This document shows positions 8,574 through 16,895 of a stretch of 64,000 nt of DNA, one piece after another; within the stretch, counting starts at the first letter, position 1, and each line of letters begins with the position of its first letter. Source of the stretch: Thermodesulfobacteriota bacterium (lineage in GTDB: Bacteria; Desulfobacterota_D; UBA1144; Nemesobacterales; Nemesobacteraceae). The position numbers were made by a program, and so were the translations under genes. The DNA lies in assembly GCA_963667625.1 (NCBI GenBank), contig OY763921.1, forward strand, positions 802,241 through 866,240, written 5' to 3'. The notes beneath the pieces were generated by a model. The model saw nothing but the letters and a program-made list of their open reading frames with translations. It was not told where the DNA came from and ran no database searches.

Positions 8574-8706
8574 ACAAAATTTTTCCTTCTCCAGAAAAAA
8601 TTCTGGGTTAGAGGGAAACTATATAGTGGTTCTCAGAATTTTTCACAGTATAATTACGTGCATCCCAAATCCGCGCAAAGTGGATTCTTAAGTAGGTATA
8701 AAATCA

Positions 8707-9261
8707 ATGGAAGATAGAAAAAGAAAGAGAATCTATATTTTCTGCATAGTGCTGTTTCTGCTCGGAGGGGGGCTTTTCTTTTATAACGTGGTGAAAAGCT
8801 TCACCGGCCTTGGCTCAACGCTTAGCGAATACACTTTTCCGGGAAGCCACTCAATCCGGCTTGAGAAAAAGGGGCTTTATTCGATCTACCACCAGTATGA
8901 AAGCGCTTTTGACGAAGCAAAGACAAGCGGGGACTCCGTCGGGGAGGGCTCGATAGTCGTTTACCTGAGAAAAGCTTCCGACGCGGAAAACGTGGAACTC
9001 AAGGTGCCCGATTCTCAGAAAAGATACAGTTACATGGGAAAGAGGGGAGTGAAGATATTTGAGTTTGAAAACCCCGGGCCGACAGCTTACTTGATCGAAT
9101 CTTTCTCAAGTCCCACTTCGCAACTCTCCCAGTACACCTTGGTTCTTGAGCGCGGGTTCGAGATAACAAGGCTTAAAGGAATACTTATCTCCCAGGCGTT
9201 TTTGCTTGTCCCGACCCTTTTCGCGATAATACTTTTCATGCGCACCTACATAAGGAGCTGA
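8707..9261 (+). CDS. Hypothetical membrane protein (TM helices at the N- and C-termini)
   Basis: ORF with the hydrophobic segments IYIFCIVLFLLGGGLFFY and LISQAFLLVPTLFAIILF. Confidence 0.5.
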   Translation: MEDRKRKRIYIFCIVLFLLGGGLFFYNVVKSFTGLGSTLSEYTFPGSHSIRLEKKGLYSIYHQYESAFDEAKTSGDSVGEGSIVVYLRKASDAENVELKVPDSQKRYSYMGKRGVKIFEFENPGPTAYLIESFSSPTSQLSQYTLVLERGFEITRLKGILISQAFLLVPTLFAIILFMRTYIRS

Positions 9262-9270
9262 CCGCGGCGG

Positions 9271-10134
9271 ATGTTCAGAGAAGTAAAATCCCGGGTTCTT
9301 GCTTTCGACATAGAGTGGGTTCCAGACCCCGAGTCGGGAAAGGCCGCGTACGGACTTCCTGGAGATATGCCCGACCGCGAAGTGATCGAGTTCATGTGGG
9401 AGCAGGGCGGGGCGACCGAAGAAGAGCCAATGCCGTTTCTCAAGACGGTTCTCTCAAAAATAGTTTCCATCTCGATGGTCTTTCGCGAATCGGAAAGAGA
9501 CGGAACGGCTTCAAGACTCAAGCTTCACTCGATTCCGTCGATTCCGACCTCTGAAGAGGATTGCTCGGAGAGAAGAATCATAGAAGATTTCTTCAGGATT
9601 CTCGACAAGCACCACCCGCAGCTTGTGGGATATAACTCTTCGGGTTCCGACATACCGATTCTGGCACAGAGAATGATCAAGCACGGGCTCCAGGGCGGTT
9701 TTTTCACCCAGAGACCCAACAGGCCTTGGGAAGGAGCTGATTTCTTCGCCCGCGGAAGCGACTGGAACGTCGATTTGATGCGCTGCGTGAGCGCATGGGG
9801 GAAAGGCACCCCGTCTCTTCACGAAATATCGGTTGTAAGCGGAATCCCGGGCAAGATGGAGGGAGTCGATGGGAAGCAGGTCGCCCCAATGTGGCTTGAA
9901 GGAAAACTTGACGATATAGTCGCCTATAACGAGTGTGACGCTCTTACGACCTATCTTCTGTGGCTCAGGATGGCCCACTCGATCGGACACTTCGATTCAA
10001 ATCAGTACGCGGAGGAACAGCGCCTGCTTCGCGACATGATAAAGCAAGAGTCTGAGAGCCCTCAAAGGCGCCGGCATCTTCTGAGTTATCTCTCAAAGTG
10101 GGAGAGCCTGAGCGGGGTAGGGGTGGATGAGTAA
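9271..10134 (+). CDS. Predicted 3'-5' exonuclease of the RNase H-like/DEDD type, PolB-exonuclease-like (COG3298-like)
   Basis: Exo I-like LAFDIEWV and Exo III-like YNECDALTTYLLWL (YxxxD) motifs. Assignment is by motif memory. Confidence 0.55.
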   Translation: MFREVKSRVLAFDIEWVPDPESGKAAYGLPGDMPDREVIEFMWEQGGATEEEPMPFLKTVLSKIVSISMVFRESERDGTASRLKLHSIPSIPTSEEDCSERRIIEDFFRILDKHHPQLVGYNSSGSDIPILAQRMIKHGLQGGFFTQRPNRPWEGADFFARGSDWNVDLMRCVSAWGKGTPSLHEISVVSGIPGKMEGVDGKQVAPMWLEGKLDDIVAYNECDALTTYLLWLRMAHSIGHFDSNQYAEEQRLLRDMIKQESESPQRRRHLLSYLSKWESLSGVGVDE

Positions 10135-11089
10135 GCAGTCCCACAGCCACGGCGTCGCCGTCCTTTCCTTCTACAAGTTCGTTGATCTTGACGGCCTTTT
10201 AGAAATAAAGGACTCCCTGCTTTCTCTCTGCGGGGAAAGCGGCATAAACGGCACCTTTATTCTCGCTTCTGAGGGAATAAACGCCACCGTGGCGGGCCCC
10301 CAGGAGGGCATAGACGGGCTTATTGCCTATCTTGAGAGCGACACGAGGTTCTCGGGCGCGCAGTACAAGCTCAGTTACAACGAGAAAAGTCCTTTTCACA
10401 GGCTCAAGGTCAAATTCAAGAAGGAAATGGTTCCCATGGGCGTAAGCGGCATAAGGCCGCAGCACCCCTCCGGGGAGCGCGTCCCGCCCGAGCAGTGGAA
10501 CGAGCTTATAAGCCGCCCCGACGTGCTCCTTATAGACACGAGAAACGATTACGAGAACCGCGTCGGAACCTTCAGGGGCGCGGTGAATCCCGAGACGGAG
10601 CACTTCAGGGAGTTTCCCGAATACGTGAGGGAAAACCTCGACCCCGCAGAGCACAAGGAAGTTGCGATGTTCTGCACGGGTGGGATAAGGTGCGAGAAAG
10701 CGACCTCTTATCTTCTTGAGATGGGATTTAAGCGGGTGTATCAGCTCGAAGGGGGAGTGTTTTCCTACCTTGAGCAGGTTCCACGCGAGCAGAGCCTCTG
10801 GGAAGGGGAGTGTTTCGTGTTTGACGACCGCACCTCGGTCGGCCACGATCTTTCCAGGGGAACTTGGAGTACGTGCAGGAACTGCAGGGAGCCCGTATCT
10901 GCGCAGGACAGGCAGTCAGAAGGGTTCCGGGATGGAATATCCTGTCCCCGCTGCCACGCGAAGCTTACTCCCGAGAGGACTTCATCGCTTGAGGAAAGAC
11001 AGAAGCAGATGAGGCTTGCCAGGGAGAGAAACCGCAAACATCTTGGGGCCGTAATAAGAAGAGGGAGTGCGAAACGGGCGCAGGGTTAA
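10127..11089 (+). CDS. trhO: Rhodanese-domain tRNA uridine(34) hydroxylase TrhO (YceA/UPF0176 family)
   Basis: The N-terminal YKF..L region, the central rhodanese domain with active-site Cys in MFCTGGIRCEKA, and the C-terminal Cys cluster CRNC...CPRC fit the YceA family. Confidence 0.75.
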   Translation: MSKQSHSHGVAVLSFYKFVDLDGLLEIKDSLLSLCGESGINGTFILASEGINATVAGPQEGIDGLIAYLESDTRFSGAQYKLSYNEKSPFHRLKVKFKKEMVPMGVSGIRPQHPSGERVPPEQWNELISRPDVLLIDTRNDYENRVGTFRGAVNPETEHFREFPEYVRENLDPAEHKEVAMFCTGGIRCEKATSYLLEMGFKRVYQLEGGVFSYLEQVPREQSLWEGECFVFDDRTSVGHDLSRGTWSTCRNCREPVSAQDRQSEGFRDGISCPRCHAKLTPERTSSLEERQKQMRLARERNRKHLGAVIRRGSAKRAQG

Positions 11090-12690
11090 TCCCGGGCGTC
11101 GAGCTCGTCCTTTAAGATCTTGTAGTCTATGCTGTCGACAAGAGCCTTCCAGCTTGCTTCCACTATGTTGTCGGAAACCCCCACCGTGCTCCACCTCTTC
11201 TCCCCGTCTCCCGATTCCACAAGCACCCTTACCACGGAATCGGTGCCGCCCGACCTTGACACTACTCTTACTCTGTAGTCGAGCAGCCGCAGGGTCTTGA
11301 GCCCGGGGAAGAATTTCTCAAGCGATTTCCTGAGTGCCCCGTCTATCGCGTTTACGGGACCGTTTCCCCTTGCCACGGTATATTCCGTGACGCCGTTTAC
11401 CTGAACCTCCGCGGTAGCCTCTGAGAGCGGCTCCTCGTCTCCTTCCCGCTTTTCGACCAGTGTCCGGGTGCTTTTGAGATAGAACCGTTTTTTGTAAGTA
11501 CCCAGGGTTTTTCTCACCAGCAGTTCAAAGGACGCGTCCGCCCCCTCGAATTCGTAACCCTGGTTCTCCAGAACCTTTAGCTCGTTCAGCACCTTGAGAA
11601 TTCTTTCGTCCTTGGGGTCTATGTCCACTCCCAGTTCCTGGGCCTTGTAGGCTATGTTGGCCCGGCCGGAGAGGTCAGAGACCAGCACCCGCCTCCTGTT
11701 GCCGACGCTCTGGGGCTCTACGTGCTCGTATGTATCTGAATTTTTCATGACGGCGCTTACGTGAATCCCTCCCTTGTGGGCGAAGGCGCTTTCGCCGACA
11801 AAGGCCTGCTTCTTGAGAGGTGGAAGATTTGTGAGTTCATGAATGAAATGGGACACGGAATAGAGTTTTTTCAGGTTCTCTGCAGAAAGGGAATCCATCC
11901 CGAGCTTTAAGGCGATATTCGGTATTATGGCGCAGAGATTGGCGTTTCCACACCGCTCCCCGTAGCCGTTCATGGTTCCCTGGACCTGGGACGCTCCCCC
12001 CCTTACCGCATAAAGCGTGTTGGCGACCCCGACTTCGCTGTCGTTATGGGTATGTATTCCTAGGCTCGGGTTATCGAACATGCCGTTAACTTCCCTTATG
12101 GTGCCCTCGACGTCCCATGGCATGGAGCCGCCGTTTGTGTCGCATAGAACGACCGTGTCGACTCCTGCCCCGTAGGCGGTTTCAAGAACCTTCGCTGAGT
12201 ATTCGGAGTTTCTCTTCCAGCCGTCAAAGAAATGCTCGGCGTCGAAAAACACCTTGTCCACATGGCGCTTGAGGTACTCGATCGAGTCGTGTACCAGTTC
12301 GAGGTTCTCTTCAAGTTCTATTTTGAGAGCTTCTGTGACCTGGAAGTCCCAGCTTTTCCCGACAATCGTCACAACCGGGGTTTCTGCCTCCAAAAGCGCC
12401 TGTATGCTTGCGTCTTCCTCGCAGCTTTTCCTGGCGCGTCTTGTGCTTCCGAAAGCCGCAACGCTCGCGTTTTTAAGCCCAAGTTTCTTCGCTTCCTCAA
12501 AATACCCCTTGTCTCTCTCGTTAGAACCGGGCCATCCGCCCTCGATGTAATGCACCCCGAGGTCATCCAGTCTTTGCGTTATCCGGATCTTGTCGTGTAT
12601 GGAAAAGGATATGTTTTCCCCCTGGGTTCCGTCGCGCAGGGTCACGTCGTATATTTCAACGGTTCTCGAATTACTCATCGGTTTTTCCAA
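11086..12690 (-). CDS. cimA: (R)-citramalate synthase / 2-isopropylmalate synthase family (LeuA-like, 534 aa; CimA-type length)
   Basis: The N-terminal VEIYDVTLRDGTQ catalytic motif, the HTHNDSEVGVANTL motif and a C-terminal LeuA-dimer/regulatory domain are present. CimA versus LeuA cannot be settled without phylogeny. Confidence 0.8.
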   Translation of the reverse strand: MEKPMSNSRTVEIYDVTLRDGTQGENISFSIHDKIRITQRLDDLGVHYIEGGWPGSNERDKGYFEEAKKLGLKNASVAAFGSTRRARKSCEEDASIQALLEAETPVVTIVGKSWDFQVTEALKIELEENLELVHDSIEYLKRHVDKVFFDAEHFFDGWKRNSEYSAKVLETAYGAGVDTVVLCDTNGGSMPWDVEGTIREVNGMFDNPSLGIHTHNDSEVGVANTLYAVRGGASQVQGTMNGYGERCGNANLCAIIPNIALKLGMDSLSAENLKKLYSVSHFIHELTNLPPLKKQAFVGESAFAHKGGIHVSAVMKNSDTYEHVEPQSVGNRRRVLVSDLSGRANIAYKAQELGVDIDPKDERILKVLNELKVLENQGYEFEGADASFELLVRKTLGTYKKRFYLKSTRTLVEKREGDEEPLSEATAEVQVNGVTEYTVARGNGPVNAIDGALRKSLEKFFPGLKTLRLLDYRVRVVSRSGGTDSVVRVLVESGDGEKRWSTVGVSDNIVEASWKALVDSIDYKILKDELDARD

Positions 12691-13909
12691 GATTAAAAGC
12701 GTCGTGAAGAGTCCTTACGGCGGTTTCCGTATCTTTTTCCTCAAGAACGCAGGAGATTTTTATTTCCGAAGTGCTTATCATCATAATGTTAATTTCCTCG
12801 TTCGCAAGCGCTTTGAACATGCGCGAAGCCACTCCGGAGTGGGTCTTCATCCCCACTCCCACCAGGGAGATCTTGGAGATAAGGTTGTCGGAGAGCACCT
12901 GCTTTGCTCCTAGCTCCCGGGCCATCTTCTCCGAGAGTTCTATTGATTTCTTGAAATCCGACTTGGGCACGGTGAACGTAAGGTCGGTAAACCCTTCCGT
13001 GCTCACGTTCTGAACGATCATGTCGACTACTACGTTCTCGTCCGCCAGAGACGAGAAAAGCTTGGCCGCTATGCCGGGCTGGTCGGGCACCTGGGTCACG
13101 GTGATTTTCGCCTGGTCCCTGTCGTAGGAGACTCCCGATACCACAACTTCTTCCATGGATTTCATAACTTTTTCCTCATCAAGGACCCACGTTCCCTCGT
13201 CCTCGGGCCTCGGAGTTGACTTAACATGTATAGGCACTTTAAATTTTTTTGCAAATTCCACCGCGCGGGCCTGAAGCACCTTTGAGCCCAAAGACGCCAT
13301 CTCAAGCATCTCGTCGTAGGAGATCTGGCTGAGTTTTCTTGCGTCGGGACAGACTTCTGGATCCGTGGTGTATACCCCGTCCACGTCATCCTTGTAGAGT
13401 TCGCACGCGTCGGCCCCCATCACGGCCGCGAGCGCCACCGCGGTCAGGTCGGAGCCTCCCCGCCCGAGCGTGGTGAGGTTGCCGTCCTCGTCAACTCCCT
13501 GGAATCCCGCTATGACGACCGCCTTTTTCTCCCCGAGGGCAACACGGACGTTCCTGTCGTCAATCGACTTTATCTTCGCCTTGGAGTAAATGTTGTCGGT
13601 GGTGATCCTTATCTGGTGTCCCTGGAAAGATATCGCATCCTCCCCGAGCGATTTTATCGTCATCGCCACAAGGCCGGAAGATACCTGTTCCCCGCTTGAG
13701 GTTATCACGTCAAACTCCCTTTCATCGGGGGGATCCATCACCTCTTTTGCGAGGCCGACCAGCCTGTCGGTTTCGCCCGCCATGGCGGAAACCACCGCTA
13801 TCACGTCGTTTTTCTTCTTTTTCGTTGCTATTATATGTTCGGCTACGCGCCTTATTTTTTCGATGCTAGCAACGCTTGTTCCGCCGTATTTCTGAACGAC
13901 AAGAGCCAT
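12671..13909 (-). CDS. lysC: Aspartate kinase (monofunctional, two C-terminal ACT domains)
   Basis: MALVVQKYGGTSVA matches the kinase N-terminus and the ACT repeats are present. The gene overlaps the cimA start by 20 bp. Confidence 0.9.
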   Translation of the reverse strand: MALVVQKYGGTSVASIEKIRRVAEHIIATKKKKNDVIAVVSAMAGETDRLVGLAKEVMDPPDEREFDVITSSGEQVSSGLVAMTIKSLGEDAISFQGHQIRITTDNIYSKAKIKSIDDRNVRVALGEKKAVVIAGFQGVDEDGNLTTLGRGGSDLTAVALAAVMGADACELYKDDVDGVYTTDPEVCPDARKLSQISYDEMLEMASLGSKVLQARAVEFAKKFKVPIHVKSTPRPEDEGTWVLDEEKVMKSMEEVVVSGVSYDRDQAKITVTQVPDQPGIAAKLFSSLADENVVVDMIVQNVSTEGFTDLTFTVPKSDFKKSIELSEKMARELGAKQVLSDNLISKISLVGVGMKTHSGVASRMFKALANEEINIMMISTSEIKISCVLEEKDTETAVRTLHDAFNLGKTDE

Positions 13910-14346
13910 TTTCCCTTACCTGCAACCTTTATTATTCTCGATTCCTCATCCCCTTGGGGCGGGAATTGGATATCAATTATAACAGCGTTTCCCGGTAATA
14001 CATCCTGTACCTTATCTGCCCATTCCACGACGGAGATACCGTCTCCGTAGAAGAATTCCTCATAGCCCGTATTCTCAAACTCGGCTCCGCCCGACAGCCT
14101 GTAGACGTCGAAGTGGAAAAGAGGCATGCTGCCTTCATAGCAGTTCATTATGACGAACGTGGGGCTGTTGGGTTCCTCCTCTATTCCCAGGCCGCGGGCA
14201 AGACCCTTTGCGAAGACCGTTTTTCCCGCGCCGAGATCTCCCGTGAGTCCCACGACGGAGCCCCGGGGTATGAGTTTCCCCATTATCTCGCCGCAAAGCA
14301 TAGTCTGCTCGGGTTTGCTTACTTCTAGGAGGAATGCGGGTTCCAT
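13852..14346 (-). CDS. tsaE: tRNA threonylcarbamoyladenosine biosynthesis protein TsaE (P-loop)
   Basis: Walker A GDLGAGKT and the TsaE-typical length and position directly downstream of nnr. Confidence 0.8.
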   Translation of the reverse strand: MEPAFLLEVSKPEQTMLCGEIMGKLIPRGSVVGLTGDLGAGKTVFAKGLARGLGIEEEPNSPTFVIMNCYEGSMPLFHFDVYRLSGGAEFENTGYEEFFYGDGISVVEWADKVQDVLPGNAVIIDIQFPPQGDEESRIIKVAGKGKWLLSFRNTAEQALLASKK

Positions 14347-14351
14347 GGGAA

Positions 14352-15908
14352 CTATCTTACCGTGGCGAAATGTCTTTCCTCCGTCGATGAGATGACGGAG
14401 TTTCTAGAAGCGGGGATTTTACGCGATATTTCAGAGGCGGTAAAGCCCGCGGTGCCCGTTTCCTCCAAAAGAAGGTCGGCCGCGTGGCCGTGGAGAAAAA
14501 CGCCGAGCAGGCAGGACTGAAGAGGGTCGTATCCCTGGGCCGCGAGTCCCCCGATTATTCCCGTAAGCACGTCTCCGGTCCCGGCCGTGGCCATGGCGGA
14601 ATTTCCGGTCGGATTTATGAACACTTCCCCGCCGGGGGTGGAGACTACCGTTCTCGCTCCCTTAAGGACGACGTAGCAGCCGTATTTTTCGGAAAACCGG
14701 GTCGAGATCCCGACGCGGTCATCCTGCACCTGTTTTGTTCTTACGCCGCAGAGCCTTGCCATTTCCCCCGGGTGCGGAGTTATTACCGCGGGGACTTTTG
14801 TTTTCTTGAGCACTCCGGGGTCCTTTGAAATTATGTTAAGGGCGTCGGCATCAAGCGTGACCGGCACTTCGCACAGGGTTATCACTTTTTCAAGGAACTT
14901 CCCCGTGCTTTTGGAGGTCGATATCCCGGGGCCGATGGCAAGCGCCGTTTTCTTCCCCTCAAGTTCCCTGAGCACTTCTTCGTGCGCGTCGGGATGTAAG
15001 GTTCCGTCCTTTGAATCCTTGAGAGAAACGGACATTACCTCCGTTGTCTTTTCCTCAACAGCCGAGGATATGCTTCTTGGAACCCCCAGGGTTACGAGTC
15101 CGCTTCCGGCGCGAAGTGCTGCTTCGGCAGAGAGGACCGCGGCCCCGCTTTTTCCCGGAGAACCGGCGACCACGAGAAGATGTCCGTAGGTTCCCTTGTG
15201 TGAATCGGCGGCCCTTTTTTTAATGAGTCCCCGGCATTTTTGAAACGTGAGAAGTTCAAAGGGGAGATCTTCCCAGAGTGGCCTGGGGATTGTTATGTCC
15301 GTTACGCAGAGCTTTCCCGCGTAATCCACTCCGGGGTGAATGCACATTCCAAGCTTCGCCGGGGCAAAGGTGACGGTAACATCGGCCTGTACTGCCGCCC
15401 CGAGAGGCCGCCCCGTATCGGCGTCAAGTCCCGAGGGTATGTCCACGGAAACGCGTCGGGCGCTCTGGCGGTTTATGAATTTTATAAGTTTCTCGTAAAA
15501 CCCCTCCACATCCCTGTCGAGTCCGGTGCCGAAGATGGCGTCGACTATAACTTCCGTGTCTTTTATCCTGGGAAGCTTTCCGCCAAGCTCCCTTACGTCG
15601 GCTCCTATCTCGAGAAGCGAGTCGAGATTCGTTTTCGCGTCTCCCCTGTAGCGTTCCTTTTTTTCTGCGGTGTGGACGCTTATCTCTTTTCCCGAGGAAA
15701 TAAGGTGTCGCGCGATTACGAAACCGTCCCCGGCGTTGTTTCCGGCGCCGCAGATAACCGCCATTTTCTTTGCGGAGGGACACTCGGCGAGGATGACCGA
15801 TGCCACGGCTCTTCCGGCGTTCTCCATCAGCACGACGCCTGGAACTCCGAATTCCTCAATCGTCCTTCGGTCTATTTCCCTTGATATCTGCTTGGTTGAG
15901 AGTTTCAT
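14352..15908 (-). CDS. nnr: Bifunctional NAD(P)H-hydrate repair enzyme Nnr (YjeF-N epimerase + YjeF-C ADP-dependent dehydratase)
   Basis: The YjeF N-terminal domain (GAGNNAGDG) and the carbohydrate-kinase-like C-terminal domain (GTGDVLTG near the end) are both present. Confidence 0.85.
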   Translation of the reverse strand: MKLSTKQISREIDRRTIEEFGVPGVVLMENAGRAVASVILAECPSAKKMAVICGAGNNAGDGFVIARHLISSGKEISVHTAEKKERYRGDAKTNLDSLLEIGADVRELGGKLPRIKDTEVIVDAIFGTGLDRDVEGFYEKLIKFINRQSARRVSVDIPSGLDADTGRPLGAAVQADVTVTFAPAKLGMCIHPGVDYAGKLCVTDITIPRPLWEDLPFELLTFQKCRGLIKKRAADSHKGTYGHLLVVAGSPGKSGAAVLSAEAALRAGSGLVTLGVPRSISSAVEEKTTEVMSVSLKDSKDGTLHPDAHEEVLRELEGKKTALAIGPGISTSKSTGKFLEKVITLCEVPVTLDADALNIISKDPGVLKKTKVPAVITPHPGEMARLCGVRTKQVQDDRVGISTRFSEKYGCYVVLKGARTVVSTPGGEVFINPTGNSAMATAGTGDVLTGIIGGLAAQGYDPLQSCLLGVFLHGHAADLLLEETGTAGFTASEISRKIPASRNSVISSTEERHFATVR

Positions 15909-15938
15909 GGTTCTCTGGGGCTGGTTCCCCGGATTTGC

Positions 15939-16220
15939 CTATTTCCCCATACCGCCCGCTCCGGTGGGTCTTGTATCTCCGAGGTTTTCTATATGCGCGC
16001 TGATGAATTCCTCGGCGTGATCAAAGCAGAAATAGTAGGAAAGAAGGGTGCTGCCGCTTCGGTTGACCGTGATCAGCTGGTAGTGGCGGCTGCAGATATC
16101 TATTCCGCACCTGACGCACTCCTTGATCTGGTTCCTTTCTCCCGAAAGTTCGCATCGCTCTCCTCCGGGACTTACGTGATCACACTGGTATATTTCAACT
16201 TCTATTGTTTTTACCGACAA
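15939..16220 (-). CDS. Small Cys-rich (zinc-ribbon-like) hypothetical protein, 93 aa, TTG start
   Basis: Zinc-ribbon-like cysteine spacing CDH...C and CVRCGIDIC. Strong SD GGGGAGGT 9 nt upstream of TTG. Own promoter upstream. No homology recognised. Confidence 0.4.
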   Translation of the reverse strand: MSVKTIEVEIYQCDHVSPGGERCELSGERNQIKECVRCGIDICSRHYQLITVNRSGSTLLSYYFCFDHAEEFISAHIENLGDTRPTGAGGMGK

Positions 16221-16251
16221 ATGCCTTTACCTCCCCTTGGTTTCTTCGTTA

Positions 16252-16281
16252 ATTATACAGTTTCGCCGGGCAGTTTTGTAA
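16252..16281 (-). promoter_or_regulatory. Candidate sigma70 promoter (TTACAA - 18 bp - TATAAT) driving the small ORF and the nnr-tsaE-lysC-cimA operon
   Basis: The minus strand reads cagTTACAAaactgcccggcgaaactgTATAATtaacg. Coordinates may be off by a few bases. Confidence 0.35.
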
Positions 16282-16337
16282 CTGATTTGTTTTTCGGGGC
16301 GGCTAGACGTTTAATTTCTATGCAAGTGGAATAGCCG

Positions 16338-16892
16338 CTATTTCCTGTCCCATAGACCGAGTTTCTCCAACATCCATCGCAGGTCGCTATCGTACAGGGC
16401 TGCGCGTCGAATATCTTCAATTCGGAAACGTTTGCGCAGATCTTCGGCGGATGCCGGTTTACTATAGTTCTGCCAAAGTCTCTGCAGATTCCGTTTGGCT
16501 TCATCCGCTGTTGGAAACTGCTTTTCCCGACCGGTGTGGAGTCTTAGGAGCAGCCCCTCAAAATTCGGTTTCAGGTAAACCAGTTTCAGGTTTTCCGAAT
16601 TCGCTTTTGGTTCAGGATCACGGCCAGACTGTATGTCCTGTTGAAGCCGGTCGGAATCGAGCAGTATCAGCCCGCTTGAGAATTTACCTCTGCTCTGGGT
16701 GCGTTTGCGATACTCATAAACTGCGTGTTCGGTGATTGTAAGACTGTCTCCGCCATTACTGACAGTTATGTCGAAGTGAAAGCTAACACCTTGTTCCTCG
16801 CAGAGGATTCTCAGCCACTTTGCGAGTGAACGTTCACTTTCGCCCTCTGCACCGACAAATATGCGTTTTCGTTTAGGATGTCGCCGGACCAT
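16338..16892 (-). CDS. RloB-like (PF13707) TOPRIM/OLD-nuclease-like protein, AbiLii-like
   Basis: The N-terminus KRKRIFVGAEGESERS matches the RloB consensus (basic stretch, then ILIVCEGEKTE). A DxD is present in LILLDSDRL. The gene lies 3 bp downstream of the ATPase gene. Confidence 0.7.
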   Translation of the reverse strand: MVRRHPKRKRIFVGAEGESERSLAKWLRILCEEQGVSFHFDITVSNGGDSLTITEHAVYEYRKRTQSRGKFSSGLILLDSDRLQQDIQSGRDPEPKANSENLKLVYLKPNFEGLLLRLHTGREKQFPTADEAKRNLQRLWQNYSKPASAEDLRKRFRIEDIRRAALYDSDLRWMLEKLGLWDRK

Positions 16893-16895
16893 CTG

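Larger units (their letters stand above)
7926..8700. repeat. Tandem duplication, two units of about 380 bp, each unit being a csp promoter, CDS and terminator
   Basis: Direct comparison shows the coding regions are nearly identical and the 5' regions about 70% identical. The shared palindrome ccagaaaaaattctgg occurs at 8211-8226 and 8591-8606. Confidence 0.8.

Noticed and set aside
9511-9990. 159-aa minus-strand ORF, plus 9525-9809 and 9704-9889
   Set aside because: Antisense to the exonuclease-like gene. No RBS or motifs.
10199-10846. 215-aa minus-strand ORF
   Set aside because: Antisense to trhO, which has clear family motifs.
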